DNA of 64,000 bases from an uncultured Pseudomonadales bacterium (lineage in GTDB: Bacteria > Patescibacteriota > Microgenomatia > UBA1400 > PJMF01): contig CAZNOF010000007.1 in NCBI GenBank assembly GCA_964574595.1, forward strand, positions 11,703-75,702. Reading direction: 5' to 3'. Below, piece by piece: positions 56,145 through 64,000 of this stretch. A program made the translations under genes and the position numbers. Each line of letters begins with the position of its first letter. Within the stretch, counting starts at the first letter, position 1. The notes below the pieces were generated by a model. The model ran no database searches, had not been told where the DNA came from, and worked only from the letters and a program-made list of their open reading frames with translations.

Positions 56145-56879
56145 ATGAGAAAACTCCCTAGCTTAAGCATTTTCTTTCCATTTTTTAATGATGGGGGTAC
56201 GGTTCAAAAGGCTGTGGATTTAGCCTTCTCACTTGGAACACAACTGACAGATGATTTAGAAGTGATTGCGATTCATGGTGGAGACTCCACCGACGACACC
56301 CTTCACCAAATCAAACTCGCCAAAAGAGCTCATCCTACTTTAAGGGTTATCGATCAAACAGCAAATAAAATTGGCTATGCCGTGATTAAGTACGGTTTTG
56401 AGACAGCAAGAAAGGACTGGGTCTTTTACACAGATGGTGATCTGCAATATGACGTAGCTGAACTTAAACATTTAGTACTAAAGCAACTCTCTACAGGTGT
56501 GGACGTAGTAAATGGCTACAAGGTTAACAGAGGTGACAACTCTGCCAGAATCTTGCTCGGGCGACTCTATCAGCAGTTAGCTCATTCCCTCTTCAAATTA
56601 CCAATCCGAGACATTGACTGTGACTTCAGACTAATTAGGAGAAACTGCCTTAAAAAAACCCACTTAACAACCACACATGCCTCTATTCTCCCTGAGTTAA
56701 TTTGCCAGTTGGCGGCGCAAAAATGTTCCTTTGCAGAAGTCCCAGTTTCTCACTTCGCCAGGAGCTACGGGAAATCAAATTACACTTGGTGGAAACTGAG
56801 TTGGGAGAAACTGACAGGTGACACGAAACTCCTCTTCAAAATCTGGTCTAAACAAATCCTGGGAAGAAATCGATCATAA
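56145..56879 (+). CDS. GT2 polyprenyl-phosphate sugar synthase-like glycosyltransferase (Dpm1/ArnC-like)
   Basis: LSIFFPFFNDGGTV, DLEVIAIHGGDSTDDT, YTDGDLQYD (DxD). Size 244 aa, typical of Dpm1-like enzymes. Confidence 0.75.
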   Translation: MRKLPSLSIFFPFFNDGGTVQKAVDLAFSLGTQLTDDLEVIAIHGGDSTDDTLHQIKLAKRAHPTLRVIDQTANKIGYAVIKYGFETARKDWVFYTDGDLQYDVAELKHLVLKQLSTGVDVVNGYKVNRGDNSARILLGRLYQQLAHSLFKLPIRDIDCDFRLIRRNCLKKTHLTTTHASILPELICQLAAQKCSFAEVPVSHFARSYGKSNYTWWKLSWEKLTGDTKLLFKIWSKQILGRNRS

Positions 56880-58377
56880 TCTTTTCCTGCTTAATTCCCA
56901 TTGATGCAAGAACAGCTGCGTACGCTGTCACCATGGCATGAGGTCCCGAAAGATAGTACATTCTGTCAACAAAATCAGGAACTTCTTTTTTGATCAGCTC
57001 TGCATCAATTCTGCCGACATATCCATCCCAATTTTTCGGAATCATCCCATCACTACTCAATGTATAGACTGTTCTCATTCCAAAGGCTGTCTGAGCTTTT
57101 TGAAAAGTGTCTTGGTAAATAATGTCATCAGCATTTTTATTGGCAAAGAAAAGAACGATATCTCGTGGTTCCTTTTTATCGATAACATACTGAATCATAC
57201 TTCTAAACGGAGTAATACCTATTCCACCCCCAATAAAGACAATCTTTTGTGAGTGATCTTTTGGCAAGACAAAGTCTCCAGAAAGTTGATCAACCATAAT
57301 TTTCTCACCTGCGTTCATGAGGAGTAATTTCTTCTTAAAGCTGCTTGAGTCGGAAAACACTTTGATCGACAAACGGATATCATTTTCTGTAGGTGACGAT
57401 GCGATTGTAAAATATCGCCGATTCCCACGGCTATCGGGATGAGCATGACCCAGCGTCCACTCTAAATATTGGCCAGCCGTGAAAGGTAGCTTTTTCTCTG
57501 TTTCAAAAATAAATTCGTACAAATCTGAAGACAACTTGTTCTTTTTCTTTAAGCGCAGAGCCTGCTTAATTTTGGGTGTTACGATGTAGGAGAAGAGGTT
57601 TCCCAAAACCAATGCTACTTCAGGCGTTGAGTAGACCGGTCCAATGTGAAACTGAGCGCCAAAAAGAATTCCCACTAATACTCCATACATCACCCTTAAC
57701 TGTAAAGTTGGTGGAGTCGTCAAAGGTTCAGTTAACATGATTGTGCCAAAAAATAAAATTGGCCAAGAAGTAACAATTTGCGTTAAGACATCTACTAAGT
57801 TTAAGTGCGCTAGTACACCCATTAACAGAATCATTGAAATAGCTGGAATGATGAATGCAAAAAACAGATGGAAACGACGAATTTTTCTAACAATCAGCAG
57901 CCCAATAATTGCAGTAGTGGGGATCATCACAGAACTACCGACCCACCAAGTCGCCCCGCCAAGAGTCGTCAGTCCTAAAATCACAGCCGCAACTGCTGCG
58001 GGATTGAAAAGATGCTTTTTTTGTAACGCAAGCAAGTACTTTGAACTCATACTGATTACACCCGCCAAAACGAGTAATGGAATTCCGGAAACTTTCGTAA
58101 AAGGTGAGAACAGAAAGAATAAAATAAGTGCGGTAATTGTGGCTGACTCCACATTTATGGAAACCTGCAGGAGCCTTCCCCAAACTTGGTTCGTCACATA
58201 ACAACTTGCAAATAGAATGAATAATGACGCCACCATAAACACGGGATTAAATGACAAAAGACCAACGGCACTGAATACAACTGCTTGAATCACGAGAAAC
58301 AATAATCCATAAAGGACTAACCGGTACATCGTGATCGTGTTTAAGAGTGAGTCAATTTTGTTGATGACAACTGTCAT
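56848..58377 (-). CDS. membrane-integral oxidoreductase: about 280-aa polytopic N-terminal domain fused to a C-terminal ferredoxin-NADP reductase-type FAD/NAD(P)-binding domain
   Basis: C-terminal FNR motifs RRYFTIAS (RxYS), GGGIGITPF (NAD-binding) and YLSGP. The N-terminal region has 7-8 hydrophobic helices carrying four His. No CxxC or Fe-S motifs. Last gene of the ApbE operon. Confidence 0.7.
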   Translation of the reverse strand: MTVVINKIDSLLNTITMYRLVLYGLLFLVIQAVVFSAVGLLSFNPVFMVASLFILFASCYVTNQVWGRLLQVSINVESATITALILFFLFSPFTKVSGIPLLVLAGVISMSSKYLLALQKKHLFNPAAVAAVILGLTTLGGATWWVGSSVMIPTTAIIGLLIVRKIRRFHLFFAFIIPAISMILLMGVLAHLNLVDVLTQIVTSWPILFFGTIMLTEPLTTPPTLQLRVMYGVLVGILFGAQFHIGPVYSTPEVALVLGNLFSYIVTPKIKQALRLKKKNKLSSDLYEFIFETEKKLPFTAGQYLEWTLGHAHPDSRGNRRYFTIASSPTENDIRLSIKVFSDSSSFKKKLLLMNAGEKIMVDQLSGDFVLPKDHSQKIVFIGGGIGITPFRSMIQYVIDKKEPRDIVLFFANKNADDIIYQDTFQKAQTAFGMRTVYTLSSDGMIPKNWDGYVGRIDAELIKKEVPDFVDRMYYLSGPHAMVTAYAAVLASMGIKQEKIMIDFFPGFV

Positions 58378-58380
58378 AGA

Positions 58381-59265
58381 TTACCTTTCAAAAAACAGCT
58401 CTCCTGGAAAGTGATTTGAAACGTCGGTCGTCCCATCAGAAAATAAAACTACATACTCGAATTCATACGTAGCTTGTAGTTTTTGAGCTGATGTGAAGAA
58501 CAAGGCAGTAGCTAATGCATCTGCTGTCAAAGTATCATTGGCAATCACCCAAGTGGCTAGTATGTGGGTGGGAGAAGTTAAAGTGTGTGGACTGATTAGG
58601 TGGTGAAACTCTCCCCACTTTCTTCTGTTTCCCGCTGAACCGCAAATACTTTTATTTTTCACTTCAGCAACACCAATGACTTTAGTGATATCAGATGGAT
58701 TCTCCAACCCAATTCTCATTGGGGCAGAATTATCATTTTCAGCAGAACTACACAGAATATCACCACCGGCATCGATACAAAATGAGTAAATACCTTGCTG
58801 ATTTAAAACATCTCCCACAAGATCGATTAAATACCCTTTGCCTCCTGCGCCAAAATCAAGCAAAATCGGCTTCTTAATCGTTAAACTAGTCTTTGTAAAA
58901 GAGAGATAATCTTCCCATAATCCTGGCTTTTTAAGTGGCTTTGAAATAAGGGAGTATCTTGCGTCATAACCAGCATCTGACATCACTTGTCCAATTAATG
59001 GTGTAAAAGCGCCTTCGGTTAACCGATAAAGATCATGGTACAAGGACAGTAATTTTTCCCCATCAGCTGGCAATCTGTACTCACCCGAATTTCTAGACAT
59101 CTCGAAGATAGTCGAGTCCTCACGAAAGCGTGAGTAGTACTTATCAAAAGCATCTATTCTTTTTTGAATAAGCGTATAGACATCTCTTAGCTTTGCGGAA
59201 TTTACTTCATCAAAAAGATCAATTTGCCATTTGGTGCCAATTGCTTCAAAGTCAAATTGATTCAT
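58381..59265 (-). CDS. apbE: FAD:protein FMN transferase (ApbE family)
   Basis: ApbE-family length (294 aa) and conserved segments (DLYRLTEGAFTP, LLDFGAGGKGYLID, ENPSD...IGVAE). Lies between the FMN-binding lipoprotein and the membrane oxidoreductase. Confidence 0.8.
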   Translation of the reverse strand: MNQFDFEAIGTKWQIDLFDEVNSAKLRDVYTLIQKRIDAFDKYYSRFREDSTIFEMSRNSGEYRLPADGEKLLSLYHDLYRLTEGAFTPLIGQVMSDAGYDARYSLISKPLKKPGLWEDYLSFTKTSLTIKKPILLDFGAGGKGYLIDLVGDVLNQQGIYSFCIDAGGDILCSSAENDNSAPMRIGLENPSDITKVIGVAEVKNKSICGSAGNRRKWGEFHHLISPHTLTSPTHILATWVIANDTLTADALATALFFTSAQKLQATYEFEYVVLFSDGTTDVSNHFPGELFFER

Positions 59266-59279
59266 GAAAAACGACGATC

Positions 59280-59720
59280 TTAAACTTTTGCCTCAGTCTT
59301 AATTTTTGTGATAGCATCGTTAAAACCTTGTGGGGTTAATGATGAGCCAGAGACTTTAGAAAGGTTTACTTCATTAATATTTTTACCAATTACTTGAGCT
59401 TTATAATTTTCAATGAATGTTTGTTGGAATTGCTTGGACATTGGTCGCTCTGCTTTAGCGGTTACCTCGGCATCTGAAATCACGTTATCTTTTAAAGTCA
59501 CTTTGACTTCAATTTGTTCAGGACCACCTGGAGAAACATAATCACCCACAACATCATATTGACCATCTTTGTACTTTGCTGTCGATGTGTCAGAAGTTGG
59601 TGAGGCTTCTACTTTAGCAGCTGGGGTGGGTGTTTCGGCGGGAACTGTAGAACTGGCTGCACAACCAGAAAGTGAAATAACTGCGATGACGACAAGGCCT
59701 ACGAGAAGATGTTTTTTCAT
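59280..59720 (-). CDS. FMN-binding domain lipoprotein (NqrC/RnfG/PplA-like), a probable ApbE substrate
   Basis: Signal peptide with lipobox (VISLSGC). FMN_bind-like domain with a candidate flavinylation site SKVSGSSLT, which aligns to the D-x-x-S-G-A-T motif. Confidence 0.65.
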   Translation of the reverse strand: MKKHLLVGLVVIAVISLSGCAASSTVPAETPTPAAKVEASPTSDTSTAKYKDGQYDVVGDYVSPGGPEQIEVKVTLKDNVISDAEVTAKAERPMSKQFQQTFIENYKAQVIGKNINEVNLSKVSGSSLTPQGFNDAITKIKTEAKV

Positions 59721-59783
59721 ATGATTTAGCCTAACAAAGCAAACTGAAAATTTGCTGAATTTAAAGACTCCTTATATTTACTA

Positions 59784-61553
59784 TTAACTCTGTCTCTTAT
59801 CATGAAGCAACATGTTGACGGCATTGTCCAATGAACCAGCTTTCGTGATCTTGCCACCATTGACGAAGAAGATTTCGTCAGCATTCTCAATCGTATTTAA
59901 CCTATGGGCGATGATCACAATTGTGGTAGATTTTGGCAGCTGCTGAATGATCTCGTCTAACTGTTTTTCTGTGACGGTATCGATGTTCGCAGTTGCCTCG
60001 TCTAAAATTAAGAGTTCCGGATGTCTTAGCACGGCACGAATAAAGGCAATGAGCTGCTTCTGTCCTAAGCTCATTGTGTCTCCACTGCTGGTGACCTTTG
60101 TTTCCAACCCTTTATCAAATCGCTTTAGGATTTCATCTAAGTGAGACTCCTCTAAGACTCGGGCTAACTCTTCAGCTGAGTATTTCTCGTAAAGCAGATT
60201 GCCGTAAACAATGTTATCTCTGACCGTACCATTGAAGAGAAACGGTTCTTGCAAAATAAAGCCGATTTTTTGCGTTCTTTCAGTAGGCGTCCAACTTGAT
60301 ATGTTTCTACCGTCTAATAGAATTTCACCAGACGTTGGATCGTATAATCGAGCCATGAGAGATGCTGTTGTTGTCTTACCCCCACCAGTCGGGCCAACCA
60401 ATGCATACGTCTTTCCTTTTTTCAGGGTGAAGTTGATATCACTTAGCACTTCCTTACCGTCGGGGTAACCAAATGCCACATTTTTAAACTCAAGCAGGTT
60501 ATTTGTTTTTTCTATTGACGTTTCCTTTGTTGTTACAACCGCTAGATTATTCTCTAAACTTAAAATTTCTGATATTCGATCCCAGCCTGCCAACGCTTGT
60601 TGGAAGGAAGCCCACAAACTAGCAATCTGTCTCAGTGGGTCATAAAAGCGTGACATGTACGTTAAGAAACTGATGAGTAAACCAACAGACAAGTCTCCAA
60701 TCGTTATCAGATAGATACCATAGGTCAGAATAATGATTTGAGCCACATTAGAAGAAAAGTCGTAGATTGGAGTAAATATGCCATTAGCAATTCCTGCTTT
60801 TACAGCACTCACAAAGTTTAGTTGATTGGCTTGTTGAAATTTCTCTCTGAAGTAGTCCCTTCTGTTGAAAGCAACAATTACTTTAAAGTTGTTCAAGCTC
60901 TCTTGGATTTCCGCACTTAAATTGCCAGTACTCTGTAAGTTTTTTGTATTTTGCTTCTTCACCCAAACAGATAGTAAGCGAGTGATTATGAACAATCCAA
61001 CAGCAGGCAGTAATGCAGCAATTCCCAATTTAAAATTAATAAATAAAACGAAAATTCCAGCACCCACCATGATAAAAACGTTTCCAACAAATCGCATCAG
61101 CGTCTCAGAAAAAAATTGATTCAATTTATCGGTGTCATTGTTAATTCGGGAGATTAAATCACCGGCTTTATTTTGATTAAAAAAGGCAACTGGCAATTCT
61201 TGTAATTTGTTAAAAATCACATTCCGCAGTTTGAAAAGCACCCGCTGACCTACTCTACCCATCACTCTGAGTTGGATGTAACTAGCCACAAATGCACACA
61301 GATAAATTGTCAGTAGTATGCCACTGAATACAAGAACGCCATGAAACTGTTTGGCTTGGATATAGGTGTCAATTGTATGACCAACTAAAAAGGGAGCGGC
61401 TAATGTGAGCGAGGAGTTGATTAAAATTGCTAAAAATGCGATCACTAAATTTTTCTTCTCATCAGCGATTAATGGAAAGAACTGCTTCAGGGGAGCAGTT
61501 AACGGGCGTTTAGTCGCCTTAGAAGTAGCGTCGTTATTCAGCGTGTAGTTCAT
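59784..61553 (-). CDS. ABC transporter ATP-binding/permease protein (type I exporter half-transporter)
   Basis: Six-transmembrane domain plus NBD (Walker A GPTGGGKTT, signature LSLGQKQLIAFIRA, Walker B LILDEATANID). Start moved to an internal Met to avoid a 59-nt overlap with the partner gene. Confidence 0.85.
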   Translation of the reverse strand: MNYTLNNDATSKATKRPLTAPLKQFFPLIADEKKNLVIAFLAILINSSLTLAAPFLVGHTIDTYIQAKQFHGVLVFSGILLTIYLCAFVASYIQLRVMGRVGQRVLFKLRNVIFNKLQELPVAFFNQNKAGDLISRINNDTDKLNQFFSETLMRFVGNVFIMVGAGIFVLFINFKLGIAALLPAVGLFIITRLLSVWVKKQNTKNLQSTGNLSAEIQESLNNFKVIVAFNRRDYFREKFQQANQLNFVSAVKAGIANGIFTPIYDFSSNVAQIIILTYGIYLITIGDLSVGLLISFLTYMSRFYDPLRQIASLWASFQQALAGWDRISEILSLENNLAVVTTKETSIEKTNNLLEFKNVAFGYPDGKEVLSDINFTLKKGKTYALVGPTGGGKTTTASLMARLYDPTSGEILLDGRNISSWTPTERTQKIGFILQEPFLFNGTVRDNIVYGNLLYEKYSAEELARVLEESHLDEILKRFDKGLETKVTSSGDTMSLGQKQLIAFIRAVLRHPELLILDEATANIDTVTEKQLDEIIQQLPKSTTIVIIAHRLNTIENADEIFFVNGGKITKAGSLDNAVNMLLHDKRQS

Positions 61554-63267
61554 AATGATTGGTGCTCTTTTGAGAATTAAAGATCTGAACATACTCTGGC
61601 GAACTCTTCATCAGTTGTTTGTGCGTTCCCTTAGCCAGAATCTCACCTTCCATGAGCAGAATGATTTCTTCGTAGTTTTCAACTGAGGCAATCTTTTGCG
61701 TTACAGAAAGTAAAGTCAAATCTGGGTAATTTTCAGAGATATTGGCAACTATTTTTTGCTCTGTTTTAGTATCAATTCGAGCCGTGAAGTCATCGAGTAA
61801 AAGAATCTTTGGATTCACTGCCAATGCTCTTGCTAACATGATTCGTTGTTTCTGACCGCCAGACAAACTGGTTCCTCTTTCCGAGACTACCGTGTCTAAC
61901 TTTTCTGGTAATGAGTTAATGAAGTCATCAAGCTCTGCAGTTTTGATTGCCTTCTCTAAATCGTGATCCGTGACAGATGTACTAAAAGCAATGTTTTCTC
62001 TCAAACTCATATTAAAAATAATACTGTCTTGAAAAACAAAGCCAATCTGCTGATACACCGACTGTTGATCATAATTCTCTAATGTTTTTCCATCAAACAA
62101 AATTTGGCCGGTAGTGGGTCGAGTTAAACCAGTTAATAAATAGAGCAGTTGCGTTTTACCCGCCGCCGTTGGGCCGATCACCGCCACTTTCGTTCGCGGC
62201 TTCACAGAAAATGAGATGTTTTTTAGAGTGGGTTTGTCACCAAAATTAATTGTCACATCTTTTACTTCAATTTTTCCCGTCAGATTGGCTACTTCTTCTC
62301 CACTTGGTTTCTGCTCCGGTACATCCAAGACCTCGGAAACCCGTTTGTAAGAAGCGGCAGCTCTACCGATGACACTGCTCATAAACCCAATCAGAATGAT
62401 TGGAAAAATTAAAATGGATAGATAACTTAAGAAGGCTGTGAAGTCACCTAAACTCATCGTGCCATCAATCACAAATTTGCCACCCAAAGCTAATATTGAA
62501 AGAGACGCCATGTTCCCAACAAAAGTAATAATCGGAATTAAACTAGCAAACAGTTGCAGAATACTAAAGCCAATATTTTTCGCCTCCATATTGGCTGCCA
62601 AGAATTTTTGATACTCAGGTTGTTGAGAGTTCAAGATTCTGATCAGGGCTGATCCCAAAATGCTTTCATTAATAACTTTATTTAACCAGTCAATCGCTTC
62701 TTGGCCTCGTTTAAATAAAATTCCCATTTTTGAAAAGAGAAAAATAAATGTACCGGCAATAATTGGCAAGATCATTAAGACAACTAGAGCAAGCCGCCAG
62801 TTAATCATCAGTAATAATGTGCTGGCACCGATGATCAAAAAAAGTGAAGAGACTATCGAAGCAATCGCCTGCGAGACAAAGAGCTTGACTGAGTCAATAT
62901 CTGAGGTCAAGTTTGTGAGTAATCTAGAAGGAGAAGCTGATTGAATATATGCATAATCCTGACGAGAAATTTTGGCTGCCACTTGCTCACGTAAGTCCTT
63001 GGCAACTCTCTCAGAAGCGTACGTTTGAACAATACTTTGTAAGTACAACAAGACAAGAATCGCTACCGAAGCAACTGAAAACTGAAGCATTAAATTTGTA
63101 AGCTGGAATTGGCCCTGATTAAATGAATCTATTGCTGAACCAGTAATTTTGGGCAACAGTAAATTCAGTCCATTAGCAGCAAACGCTAAGAGGATGAGCA
63201 AAATAATATATCCAGTATATGGTTTCAGCAGCCCAAGCAAACTTGGACCAGAACTTTTATTTTTCAT
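61534..63267 (-). CDS. ABC transporter ATP-binding/permease protein (type I exporter half-transporter, heterodimer partner)
   Basis: Six-transmembrane domain plus NBD (Walker A GPTAAGKTQ, signature LSGGQKQRIMLARAL, Walker B LLLDDFTARID). Confidence 0.85.
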   Translation of the reverse strand: MKNKSSGPSLLGLLKPYTGYIILLILLAFAANGLNLLLPKITGSAIDSFNQGQFQLTNLMLQFSVASVAILVLLYLQSIVQTYASERVAKDLREQVAAKISRQDYAYIQSASPSRLLTNLTSDIDSVKLFVSQAIASIVSSLFLIIGASTLLLMINWRLALVVLMILPIIAGTFIFLFSKMGILFKRGQEAIDWLNKVINESILGSALIRILNSQQPEYQKFLAANMEAKNIGFSILQLFASLIPIITFVGNMASLSILALGGKFVIDGTMSLGDFTAFLSYLSILIFPIILIGFMSSVIGRAAASYKRVSEVLDVPEQKPSGEEVANLTGKIEVKDVTINFGDKPTLKNISFSVKPRTKVAVIGPTAAGKTQLLYLLTGLTRPTTGQILFDGKTLENYDQQSVYQQIGFVFQDSIIFNMSLRENIAFSTSVTDHDLEKAIKTAELDDFINSLPEKLDTVVSERGTSLSGGQKQRIMLARALAVNPKILLLDDFTARIDTKTEQKIVANISENYPDLTLLSVTQKIASVENYEEIILLMEGEILAKGTHKQLMKSSPEYVQIFNSQKSTNHYELHAE

Positions 63268-63317
63268 GAAAAACTTTCGGACGCCATCATACCAAATAAA
63301 TGAGGTACGATATAGCT

Positions 63318-63968
63318 ATGAAACGATTGGAGTTCTTTTTTTCAGTGCTCGTGCTTGGTCTTTTTGGGGTGTTTACCATCTTGGTTAGACAACACCTCTT
63401 TGATCAACTTGATTTAGATCTCACAGTCAAATTACAAGATCACATTTCTCACTTTTTTGACACTGGCTTCTCTTTTTTTAGTATTTTGGGAGCCGCTGAA
63501 ATTATCAGTTTCTTTTTGCTCGTTCCGCTATTTCTCTACTATAAATCAAGAGGTATTCTCATATTTTTGGCCTACGGTTTTGGACTCTTTATAGAAGTTG
63601 TGGGAAAAACATTCCTAACTCACTCTGGCCCACCGCACCTCTTTTTTCGCAATGACATCAATTTTCACTTTCCTAGCTCATACATTGAAACGTTGCATTC
63701 GTACCCATCGGGTCACTCTTATCGCACAGTCTTTATTGCTTATGTCTGGTTTGTCTATCTGTTTGAACGATATCCCTCACGAGTTACTCGCAGCATTGTC
63801 TTCCTCATAATTGCAAGTTTATGTGCTATCATGCTGATCTCGAGAGTCTCTCTGGGCGAACACTGGACAACGGACGTTGTTGGTGGAAGTCTGCTCGGTC
63901 TTGGGTTAGCAATGGCTAGCTGCGCCTTGAGAAAACCTGTCATAAAGAAACAAAAGCACCACTCATGA
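63318..63968 (+). CDS. PAP2 family phosphatase (undecaprenyl-diphosphatase / lipid phosphatase-like)
   Basis: PAP2 motifs (KxxxxxxRP-like, PSGHS, SRVSLGEHWTTDV). Start chosen at the Met preceded by GAGGT. The track's start at 63300 lacks a ribosome-binding site. Confidence 0.75.
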   Translation: MKRLEFFFSVLVLGLFGVFTILVRQHLFDQLDLDLTVKLQDHISHFFDTGFSFFSILGAAEIISFFLLVPLFLYYKSRGILIFLAYGFGLFIEVVGKTFLTHSGPPHLFFRNDINFHFPSSYIETLHSYPSGHSYRTVFIAYVWFVYLFERYPSRVTRSIVFLIIASLCAIMLISRVSLGEHWTTDVVGGSLLGLGLAMASCALRKPVIKKQKHHS

Positions 63969-64000
63969 AGTTTGATCGACCAATCCCAAAGATTCCACCC

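Noticed and set aside
56848-58377. Interpreting the membrane domain of the FNR fusion as a bis-heme NOX/ferric-reductase domain
   Set aside because: The four intramembrane His (about 122, 170, 191, 244) do not show the paired 12-14-residue spacing on two helices required for bis-heme ligation. It is left as an unassigned membrane domain.
61534-61592. 59-nt overlap between the two ABC exporter genes implied by the track
   Set aside because: An internal Met (MNYTLNND) at 61553 gives an 18-nt intergenic gap and a normal exporter N-terminus. The overlap is an artefact of longest-ORF calling.
1-64000. CRISPR arrays, IS elements, integrases, rRNA or prophage genes
   Set aside because: I saw no direct-repeat arrays with regular spacers, no transposase or integrase-like ORFs, and no rRNA-like or phage structural gene signatures on reading both strands. 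The window looks like core chromosome.

Overview
This 64-kb window is from a low-to-moderate-GC bacterium (roughly 40-45% GC) with dense, mostly minus-strand coding and ATGA and TAATG overlaps between adjacent genes. Both TAA/TAG and TGA serve as stop codons, so I read it with the standard code. I found no rRNA, tRNA, CRISPR array, transposase or integrase. Nearly everything is chromosomal housekeeping or envelope function, in this order:

- **Start of window:** a mini alanyl-tRNA synthetase lacking the C-Ala domain, then a stress/cell-shape cluster (ytxG/ytxH-like, RodZ-like, GatB/YqeY).
- **Thiol-redox operon:** a DipZ-type CcdA-thioredoxin fusion with an FAD oxidoreductase and a membrane protein.
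- **Two-component system:** an OmpR-type regulator convergent with a cytoplasmic GAF histidine kinase. The kinase is preceded by a 29-aa hydrophobic micro-ORF and sits in a general-stress cluster (YtxH-like, GlsB/YeaQ/YmgE).
- **Glycan cluster:** UDP-galactopyranose mutase, alpha-glucan phosphorylase, a GH57-like protein, a GT2 and a glycogen synthase.
- **Transport and envelope:** an RND pump with its adaptor, Sua5/TsaC, NUDIX, an ABC-2 exporter and an LCP envelope protein.
- **Redox and RNA:** an orphan transketolase C-terminal half, an FMN reductase, an HD protein, a DEAD-box helicase with an N-terminal RGG tail, and msrB-msrA.
- **Nucleotide supercluster:** a phosphoribosyltransferase, two tandem archaeal-type PurP genes, purF, and a complete pyrF-pyrE-pyrD-pyrC-pyrB-carB-carA operon whose leader carries a terminator-like attenuator.
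- **Efflux module:** an OmpR/HK pair upstream of a MacA/MacB-like ABC efflux system.
- **Glycosylation module:** an RmlC-like cupin, a GT-C membrane protein and a Dpm1-like GT2.
- **End of window:** an ApbE-FMN-binding lipoprotein-membrane FNR oxidoreductase cluster, a heterodimeric ABC exporter pair and a PAP2 phosphatase.

The most interesting candidates are:
- the ApbE / FMN-binding lipoprotein / membrane-FNR oxidoreductase cluster, a putative extracytosolic flavin-based electron-transfer module with an unusual fused architecture;
- tandem archaeal-type purP genes in a bacterial purine/pyrimidine locus;
- a DUF5652-like small membrane gene interrupted by an in-frame TGA;
- micro-ORFs (29 aa and 30 aa) with good ribosome-binding sites placed next to a GAF sensor kinase;
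- a hairpin plus U8 attenuator in the carA leader.
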